Shown one piece after another: positions 53,430 through 64,000 of a DNA stretch of 64,000 nt. The position numbers and the translations under genes were made by a program. Positions within the stretch are counted from its first letter, which is position 1, and every line of letters starts with the position of its first letter. Below the pieces are notes generated by a model. The model ran no database searches and was not told where the DNA came from. It saw only the letters and a program-made list of their open reading frames with translations. Source of the DNA: Octopus bimaculoides (lineage: Eukaryota); NCBI RefSeq assembly GCF_001194135.2, contig NC_068985.1, positions 54,856,228-54,920,227 on the forward strand, written 5' to 3'.

Positions 53430-53960
53430 GATGTACTGTAAGTCTAATTGTTAGGATAAGAGTACAATGGAGAAAGTTTAGAGAGCTTTTGCCTCTGTTG
53501 GCAACCAAAGGTCTCTCTCTCTCTTTGAGTGAAAGGGAGATTGTATGATGCATGTGTATGAACAGCAATGCAAAATGGCAGAGAGACATTGGCCCTGAAT
53601 GTAGGGGATATGTGAAGACTAGAAAGGCATGAAACTGGTATGCTTTGCTGGATGTGCAATGTCAGAGTGCTTGTATTGAGAGAAATGTTAGGCATAAGAG
53701 GAATTAGATGCAGTAAGAGAGAAGACTGCACTTGTTTGTCATGTGATATGGATGGATAAGGACAGTTGCATAAAGAAGTGCTGATCACTTAAAGTGGATG
53801 GAACTTGTGGAAGAGGGAAACCCAGGGAGACATAGGATGAAGTATTTAAGGCTGATCTCAAGACACTGAGACTTACAAAGGAGATGCCAAAGGACCAAGA
53901 TATCTGGTGCTTTGCTGTACTCAATAAGACCCATCCACCACAGCAGAACTAATAACCTAA
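53430..53960 (+). mobile_element. Older RTE LINE fragment
   Basis: Colinear and similar to 59690-60150 (e.g. GAGTGAAAGGGAGATTGTATGATGCATGTGT); multiple stops. Confidence 0.7.
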
Positions 53961-56900
53961 AACCACCTTGGTATGCTTGTCCGTGAGGGGCTCTGTCCTT
54001 CTCCCATTTCCATCCTCTCTGCCTTATCAACCTTCCCCCACCCCCATTTCATCCCCTAACACCCATCACTTCTTTACCACCTGAGAGCAGAATAGGTATG
54101 TACTAGATCTGCTGGCTTTCTCAGTTACCTGTCTTTCCCCACCTCAGACCACTTCCATTTCTCATTATCTTCCTCAGCCTACTGTCTCCACCAATCACCT
54201 CCTTTCTGTACTGTTCTCCATCATTAACCCTTGCTTACTTGCTATCACCCTCAATGCCTTCACATATCTACTGCAACCCCTGCTCCCAAGCCCCCTCTAT
54301 ATTTCTCCCCATCATTTGCTGTAGTCACCTCGGTCCTGCCCACTCACCCAGTCCTAACCTCTGTATCACCTCATCTATTCTCACCACCCCCAATGTTACT
54401 TGAGGGCATGTCCAGACATATCTTCACCATCATATCTCCTACTATTGCTCTCTTTATCTTACTTTCTGACTCACTATCCTTTCTTTTCCAAATGTATCTA
54501 TTCTACAGCAAGATACCTATCTCTGTCATTCTATACCTCTAATCTCTCAAGTGACACAAAGCTGCACCTCCTCAATACTACTTCTCCCCTTCTAGTTGAG
54601 GGTTTTGTCTTGCAAGGTTCATGATCCTTTATAGGGTCTCCAAGGTTGTTTGGTGAGAGGGAGGCTGGTATTCTGAAACCAGAGACCAGATCTGAATGCT
54701 TGCAGCACAGTGGATTCCACTAAAGGCATGAAACATACCAGGTGGTGGTTTTAAACTAGGAGACTGATTAAGTCTGCAATCTATGAAGGCCATGGTTGGT
54801 TTTGAACTCAGAATGTAAGGAGCTGGAACAAATACTACAATGTAACTGGTCCAATGGTCTCAGTTCCACCAATCCATGGCCCAGGATTGGTACCTTTTGT
54901 TTATTGGCCTTGAAAAGATGATCAAAATCTATTTAATTTAATTGTATTAGTATAGCTGGTTTCCTTGAATAATGTTGAATTATAACACTATTTGGAATAT
55001 GACCTTCAAAGTAGCATCACAGAGCCACTAGTTAAAGCCAAATACATAGACAGATACATACATAAACACTTGGTTATGTTTGTAACAATATGGAAAATCT
55101 AGGGCCTTCAGAAAAAGAAATCAACTGGTGAACATGCACAATACAAATTCAGTCTGTAAGCATAATGGTAATAAATAATATGCAAGACTTTTCTTATGTA
55201 AACTTTTCTCAAGTTCAACATGTAAACTTGTTTTTGTTATATATATTCAAACGGAGCTTTGTATCTTTGTTAGAAACCAGCTCCTTGCTTACAGGAAAAC
55301 TTCAAATAATTAAAAAAATAGATGAGAAAAAAAAACAAAAAAACATTTGTACATAGATACTGTTTCACTAACTCCCAAGCTAACATCAGGTATTTATGAT
55401 AATTGCCTTTCCTTTTGGTTGAATTAGAGTCTAGATTTAATCCAGGTGAGTTAGCTGCTTTAACAACATTCAATATAATAAAATCAAATGAGATATTTTC
55501 AATATATTTTACAAGCTTGTCTGTCTTTTGTAGGAAATAACAATTACCTGCTCTCTACCAAATATACTTCCTTTTTAAAACCAATGTGACAGAAATCAAT
55601 ATTGCAAAAGCATGTTGGTGAAAGAGAGAGAAATATCTTTGAATAAAGACAAGTTTGATAATAATTTTGGAGGAAATTTATAACAATTTATATAAGTCTC
55701 AGTAGAGAACCACTATTCTACATTGCTAGCCAGTTCAGTCAGAAGAATGACTAGTCAAGTACTTATTTAACACCAGATGATTAGTCATCTTAGAGCCTGC
55801 CTTGATAAACACAACAGCAGGTAGAAAGAGAAATTTATATTTTAATAAACAACTTTTATATATATTTTATTAGAAGAGAAGCAAGGAGTAAGTTCAATTT
55901 AAGTTGTTCCCTCCCGGTAATTATGTATTGGGAAACTATTTGTGAAGCATTCTTGGTTAGTGTATTTGTTTAAAATTAGGATATCATTTTTACCACCAGG
56001 CATCAAGGAAGTCAGCAAACTAGCAAAATCAATAATGACTGAAATACAGTGACCTTACAGCATTTGTTACAGTTCTCTACATGCAAACCCTACTGAGCCC
56101 AACTTTGCCTTGGACCTGTCCAAAGTTGAGTATTGGGATTGATTCTTCTCTTTCTCCTTAGGCTTGCACCAGTAATTTAAATGTTCACTCTTGTTACATC
56201 ATGTCACAGTGATTTTATTTGAGAATTGCATTAAGGATACACATGTCTGTGGAATACTCAGCCATATATTATCTATTATCATTTTCCTGAGCAGGAATTT
56301 AGTTGGTTCAATAACTGAAAGTGCATTATCGAAACCACCAGAGAATCCATCTCTGTCCATTAGGTAGCAATGGTTAGCTATTTTCTGACTACAGAGAATG
56401 ATGTAAAATTAAGTGGAAGTTAAAAGTATCTAAGGTAATGCAGTCCAGTCTACCATAAACTTTTTAATTAATTAGAATTACACTCATAATGAAGATAAAA
56501 ATCATTAGCATCAATAATAAAGTATTGACATGAAAGCAAGGAATATAACTCTGAAACCCTAATTCACTAATAATGAATGAATGCAATGAGAGCAGTGTTA
56601 TGCAGGGAGGGAATGTGACTTTCAGTAAAGCCAAAAGTCCTTAACTGTATTAACAGACCCTATATAACATGAAGGGAATAAAATGAAAGAAAGATGGGGG
56701 ATCAGGATTTTATTTTGTTACATTACATGTTCATATTTTCAATAGAAAGTGGTGTATTGGCAGAGCTGTTACAGTGTCAGAATGTATACTTTGAACTGTC
56801 AAATCCCACTTAAGTAAAATTTGTTTTCCATTCTTTTGGGATTGATATAAAAAAAGTACTGATTCTAACTGGTGGAACGGTGAAACATAAGATTATCAGA

Positions 56901-57717
56901 CAAAATGCTTTGTGGTTTTTGTTCTAGCTTTTTGTGTTCCAAGTTCAATTCCTACAATGGCCTTCTTAGGTGCTAGATTTAATCGGTGGTAGATTGAACA
57001 GATTGCCTCACAGCATTTGCTTCAATCCTCTGAGTTCCAAGTTCATTTACCTTTCATCCTTTTATAGTTGATGAAAAACCTCACCAATCCACAACAGTGG
57101 AGTGGTGGAACTACAAGAACATCAGACTGGATGCCTTGTATTTGGTCCAGTTTTTATGAACTGATTTCAAATCTGACTTTGGTTTATTTGGATGGTAGAC
57201 TTAGGCCATTTCCTACTTTAACACTGCCACCTGACACCACATGTACCTTTAGTGGAGTCTTTTCAGTTGCAGGCATTCAAGTTAGGTCTCGGGTTTGCAG
57301 GTACTTTCCTCCCTACCTCTCTCCCACAAATCTCAGAAACCCTATAAAAGGTATCTATGGACACTGCCTTCTCTTCTGACTTAAAAAAGAAAATCTGGAC
57401 TAGCTTCTATTACTAAATGAAGTTTATGGCTGTGTGCAAGTGTGTAACAAGGACATACAGACACATTTGCAGAGTATTGTAGATGTGGTAGGTCAAAGGC
57501 CGAGAGTCATGACTCTATTGTACAGAATGTCATGTATCATATGACTGAGTTAACAACAACAACAATGACAACAAATACATGGCTACAAGGTCAAAAGAGG
57601 ATCCCCAGGATTAAGAACAGAATTATTCTCAGTGTTGTGACAATTACATCACAAGTAAAGTCAATAATTTAAATAGATTTAACCATTAATGAACATTAGA
57701 TGATATAACAAAGCTTA

Positions 57718-58179
<462 letters not shown>

Positions 58180-58184
58180 TCAAA

Positions 58185-58256
<72 letters not shown>

Positions 58257-59457
58257 CAATCTCATTATCAGAAAATATCCCACAAAATAGAGATCTACCT
58301 CAGTTCTACTCTTCTATGTAGAGCATGTGTTTGTACACACACACACACACTTACTTCTGCATTAATGTATTCATTTGCTTGTGCATTATTTTATGAATGG
58401 GTGCACATAAATATAATATTCATGAATTTGTGCTTCATCCTTCTGTAGGTGCCAAACTAATCTTCTTCGTATAATTCCAAGGTGTTAGATTCATGATTAT
58501 AAATAAAACCACGAGTTCAATTCCCGGACTGAGAAGAGTGTCAGACGAAGAGCAAAGCACTTCATCTGACATTGCTCCAATCTACACAGTTTGTAAATGA
58601 GTACCAGCTGAGTGCCAGTGTAACCTTTTCTCCTTCCAGCTGTCGTAACTATCATATTCCACAGGTTCAAGGGTGGAAGGGCCAAGAGGGTGTCAATGTT
58701 GTCTCCTTGCCACTATATAGGAACCTAAAACAATAGGACAAAATGTGTTACAAGCTGCCAGGTCATACGCACTTGCAAGCGACAGCTAAGTTATGTGTAA
58801 ATGTAATTACATACACACACACATGTATAGAAATGAATGGGCGTGAGAGGAATGAAAAAAAAACAGTGTGCAAGTAGGAAGACTTTGCTGTTTATAGACA
58901 TGCGATACATATGGATGATGACAGATGAAGGAAGAAGTGTTGAATGAATGAAGTGGAAAGATCATAGGGAAGAGGAAGAAGTGGGTAGAAGTGGTGAAGG
59001 TGGATCTTAACAGGCTGAAAGGATGACAAAGGAGTGCAACAAATCAGTGAAGCATTGTGATGGAGAATGTAGATCTAACCCAAGCAAGCATAGAAGAGTT
59101 ATGAGGTGATGGTGGCGGCGATAATGATGATGACAGCATGGAAGCTATCAAATATAAACACACATGTGCATACACAAGGACAGTTATACTTGCATGAAGC
59201 ACATGAAAATACACATTGACAAACCATTAAATATGCATATTATATATACACAAGTAAATGATTATGTGTGTGTGTGTGTGTGTGTGTGTGCATGCACAGG
59301 TGTGACTGTATGGTTAAGAAGTTTGCTTCCCAACCACATGGTTTCAGGATCAGTCCCACTGCGTGGCACCTTGGGTAAGTATCTTCTACTATAGCTCTGA
59401 GATGATCAAAGCCTTGTGAGTGGATTTGGTAGAAGGAAACTGAAAGAAGCCAGTCAC

Positions 59458-59495
<38 letters not shown>

Positions 59496-59505
59496 ATATA
59501 TACAT

Positions 59506-60580
59506 AAAGGAAGGTTAACCGGGAAGATAGCTTTCATGTGCAGTAGATGCACAGGGGCAATAAACATCACAGATACTCAGAAAACAGATTCCATCAAATG
59601 CCAGGGGGGAGAAAGTAGAAGTAGTTGATTGCTTCCGCTACCTAGGTGACCAAGTCTGTAGTGGGGGTGGATGCTCAGAGAGTGTTACCACTAGAATAAG
59701 AATAGCCTGGGCATAGTCCAGAAAGCTTCTACCCCTACTGGTGACAAAGGGCCTCTCGCTCAGAGTGAAAGGTAGATTGTACGATGCATGTGTGCGAACT
59801 GCCATGCTTCACAGCAGTGGAACATGGGCAATGACTGCTGAAGACATGCGTAGGCTCAAAAGAAATAAAGCAGGCATGATCCGCTGGATGTGTAATGTCA
59901 GTGTGCACACACGACAGAGTGTAAGCGCCCTGAGAGAAATGTTGGACATAAGAAGCATAGGATGTGGTGTGCAAGAGAGATGTTTGTGCTGGTATGGTCA
60001 TGTACTATGGATGGATGGATGAGGAGAGCTGTGTGAAGAAGTGCCACTCTTAAACAGTGGTAGGAATCCGGGGTAGAGGGAGACCCAGGAAGACATGGGC
60101 CTCACAGAGGCAATGACAAGAGACTGAGACCTCTGGAGGTATGCTGTGACTTAGATGACCTGGCAAATAAAGTGAGCTCCCAGCTGTAACCCACACCAGT
60201 GTTGCATAACCAGCCCACTCAAAAGTTCCTTGGATCATAAGGCAACATGCCATGCTTGAGGAGACCTATTGAGTCAAGTACATCAAAATCAAATCAAATC
60301 ACATTCAAATGGATATTGTAGCTGTGATCCCCGTGCCAGTGGCACGTAAAAAGCACCGTCTGATTGTGGTCGATGCCAGACCTCTGGCCCCTGTGCCGGT
60401 GGCATGTAAAAAAGCACCCACTACACTCTCAGAGTGGTTGGTATTAGGAAGGGCATCCAACTGTAGAAACACTGTCAGATCAGACTGGAGCTTGGTGCAG
60501 CCTCCTGGCTTCCCAGACCCCAGTTGAGCCATCCAACCCATGCCAGCATGGAAAACGGATGTTAAACGATGATGATGATA
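59506..60580 (+). mobile_element. 5'-truncated, decayed RTE-clade LINE with 3' UTR and (GAT)n tail
   Basis: Translates (with a frameshift and stops) to FRYLGDQV...RIRIAW...GLSLRVKGRLYDACVRTAMLH...WYGHV, typical of the C-terminal part of RTE reverse transcriptases. Ends ...GGATGTTAAACGATGATGATG. Confidence 0.8.
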
Positions 60581-61947
60581 TATACATATATATATATATA
60601 TATACATACACACACACATATATAAACAGGAGATTGGAAAAAATTTGGTATTATAAATAATACCAAAATTTTTTTCCAATCTCCTGTTTTGATATGTAAT
60701 TACTCTGCAAAAAGTATCTTCCAGTATATTTCAACTCATGCATACCTCACACAAATATNNNNNNNNNNNNNNNNNNNNNNNNNNNNNNNNNNNNNNNNNN
60801 NNNNNNNNNNNNNNNNNNNNNNNNNNNNNNNNNNNNNNNNNNNNNNNNNNNNNNNNNNNNNNNNNNNNNNNNNNNNNNNNNNNNNNNNNNNNNNNNNNNN
60901 NNNNNNNNNNNNNNNNNNNNNNNNNNNNNNNNNNNNNNNNNNNNNNNNNNNNNNNNNNNNNNNNNNNNNNNNNNNNNNNNNNNNNNNNNNNNNNNNNNNN
61001 NNNNNNNNNNNNNNNNNNNNNNNNNNNNNNNNNNNNNNNNNNNNNNNNNNNNNNNNNNNNNNNNNNNNNNNNNNNNNNNNNNNNNNNNNNNNNNNNNNNN
61101 NNNNNNNNNNNNNNNNNNNNNNNNNNNNNNNNNNNNNNNNNNNNNNNNNNNNNNNNNNNNNNNNNNNNNNNNNNNNNNNNNNNNNNNNNNNNNNNNNNTA
61201 TAAAATTAACATTATCATCATTGTTTATCATCCATCTCCTATGCATGAGTAGGATAGTTCATAGGAGCTGGCCAGGTGGAAAACTACCCTATGCTATTGT
61301 GTCTGTTTTGGTAAGATTTTTATGGATGGATGTCCTTCCTAACACCGACCACTCTGCAGATTGGACCCAGTGCTTTTTACGTGGCACTAGCACAGACGAG
61401 GTTAGTTTTGGCATGATTTTAATAGTTGGATGCCTTTCCAAATGCCAACCACTTTACAGTGTGGACTGGATGCTTTTTATGTATATGTATGTGCATGTTC
61501 AAATAGACAGCTGTCTCCTTGCCTTGACATAATGATATATTTATTAATGAGCCTCAACTCTCACAAGCACTGATGTTCGTTTCCAATCTATGAAAACATG
61601 TCTGGCCACAGGCAAAAATATTACCTTGCTTGGAAAGAGGTGCAAGTTGAAGACAGGATGGGCATCTGACCATGGAAAAATCTACCTCAACAAATCCCGT
61701 CTGACTCATACAAATATGGAAATGTGGGTGACATTAAAATGATGTTGAGTATATCAATAAATAAGTTTATAAACTCAGATAAAAGGTTTTTAAACAAAAC
61801 AGCCACCTCAGTAAATGGATCAAATAACAATTACTGTGTTTTATATGGAAATTACACTGCTTCTGTCGACTAACATTCACAGACTATGTAGGTGTAAAAT
61901 TAAGTATCTATGTATGTGTACGTGTCTGTGAGATATCTTAATCCTTT

Positions 61948-62163
61948 CATCTTTTACTTGTTTCAATCATTAGACTGTGGCCATGCTGGGGCACCGCCTT
62001 GAAGAACTTTTAGTCAAACAAATCAACTCCAGTACTTATTTCTTGTTAAGCCTGGTTCTTATTCTATTGGTCTCTTCTTGCTGAACTGCTAAGTTATAGG
62101 AGTCATAAACTCACCAACACCAACTGTCAAACAGTCGGTGGGGGGACAAACACAGGTACAATG

Positions 62164-62218
<55 letters not shown>

Positions 62219-62867
62219 CAATTGACTTCTTTCAGTCTCCGTCAACCAAATCCACTCACAGAGCTTTGGTTGACCTAAGGCTAGAGTAGAAGACCCAAGG
62301 TGCATTGCAGTGGGACTGAACCTGGAATCATGTAGTTGGGGAGCAAGCTTCTTACCACGCAGCTATGACTCTATAAATATATATATGGTGCAGGAATGGC
62401 TGTGTGGTAAGTAGCTTGCTTACCAACCACATGGTTCTGGGTTCAGTCCCACTACGTGGCACCTTGGGCAAGTGTCTTCTTCTATAGCCTCAGGCTGACT
62501 AAAGTTTTGTGAGTGGATCTGGTAGACGGAAACTAAAAGAAGCCTATATATGTATGTGTATGTTTGTGTGTGTCCCCCCACCATCGCTTGACAACCGATG
62601 TTGGTGTGTTTATGTCCCCATAACCTAGTGGTTCAGCAAAAGAACTGATAGAATAAGTACTAGGCTTACAAAGAATAAGTCTTGGAGTTGACTTGTGCGA
62701 CTAAAGGCAGTGCTCCAGCATGGCTGTAGTCAAATGACTGAAACAAATAAAAGAATATATATANNNNNNNNNNNNNNNNNNNNNNNNNNNNNNNNNNNNN
62801 NNNNNNNNNNNNNNNNNNNNNNNNNNNNNNNNNNNNNNNNNNNNNNNNNNNNNNNNNNNNNNNNNNN

Positions 62868-62905
<38 letters not shown>

Positions 62906-63793
62906 AACATATTTGCGTGTGTGTGTATATATGCCAATGTTTATTTAAAGTTATTATTCTAAAGTAATTTTAAGAATAACAGAACATCTACTGAGTAGGG
63001 ATATTACAAAAAAGTAGAGTCAAATTCATTGTAAAATTTGTTATGACTGGGACATTTAGGTTTCACCTGACAACTTACTCAGCCAGATTAGTTGCTTAAG
63101 CCATAAAGGTGAAACTTAAAACCCCAGACCAAAATAAAAATATTATTTATCTTTCTACTAGGTATAGGTGTGACTGTGTGGTAATAAGTTTGCTCCCCAA
63201 TCACATAGTTATAGGTTCAGTCCCACTGTGTGTCACTTTAAGCGAATGTCTCCTGCTATAGCCCTGGACTGATTAAAGTCTTGTGGGTGGATTTGGTAGA
63301 TGGAAACTGAAAGAAGCCTATCATATATGCGTGTGTCATTGTGTTTGTGTTTGTTCCTCATCATCGCTTGACGACCAACGTTAGTTTGTTTACATCCCCC
63401 ATAATCTAGTGGGTCAGCAAAAGAGTCTGACAGAATAAGTACCAGGGTTTAAAAATAAATCCTGGGGTTGATTCAGTCAACTAAAACCCTTCATGTTAAT
63501 ACCCCAGCATGGCCACAGTCCAATAATTGAAACAAGTAATAGATATAGTGTATTTTATCTTTTACTTGTTTCAGTCATTTGACTGCGGTCATGCTGGGGT
63601 ACTGCCTTGAAAGACTTAAGTCAAACAAATCAACCCCAGGACTTATTTTTTTAAGCCTAGTACTTATTCTATCAGTCTCTTTGGCCAAACTGCTAAGTTA
63701 CAGGGATGTAAATATACCAACACCAGTTGTCAAGTTGTGTGGAGAACAAACACAGACACAAAACACACACACACACACACATAGATACACACA

Positions 63794-63834
<41 letters not shown>

Positions 63835-63950
63835 CAAGCTTCTTTCAGTTTCCATCAATCAAATGCACTCACAAGGCTTTGGTCAGCCTGAGGCTATAGT
63901 AGAAGACACTTGTCCAAGGTGCCATGCAGTGGGACTGAACCTGGAACCAT
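61948..63950. mobile_element. Cluster of four family A SINEs: 61948-62372 (-), 62387-62755 (+), 63161-63545 (+), 63555-63950 (-)
   Basis: Each shows the family A head/CORE-like block/tail in the stated orientation. Confidence 0.75.
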
Positions 63951-64000
63951 ATTTTCACTAATTGTTTCATGTACCTATGTAGCTGGCATAGACACCATCT

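Overview
AT-rich, microsatellite- and SINE-dense eukaryotic DNA with nine N-gaps. The repeat families look octopod cephalopod (probably Octopus; inference). The one gene I can support is a minus-strand SIK3 (salt-inducible kinase 3) ortholog. I traced 13 GT-AG coding exons from 58010 down to the stop at 24399 (3251 nt, phases consistent, about 1082 aa). They encode the kinase C-lobe, UBA domain, several PKA/14-3-3 motifs and a C-terminal KA1-like domain. The N-terminal kinase exons were not found and probably lie beyond 64000. The rest is intron, putative long 3' UTR and flank, filled with three tRNA-type SINE families, RTE- and CR1-type LINE remnants, TTAA-flanked and hAT-like MITEs, and degenerate minisatellites. 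Top observations: (1) a 59-nt, 58/59-identical copy of a SIK3 exon fragment fused to a retroelement tail inside a SIK3 intron; (2) a KA1 domain and a PxIxIT motif on SIK3; (3) a pre-miRNA-sized hairpin and a ~25-unit palindromic array downstream of the stop; (4) many inverted repeats that could form ADAR substrates. Repeat boundaries are approximate and family names come from recalled motifs, not database searches.
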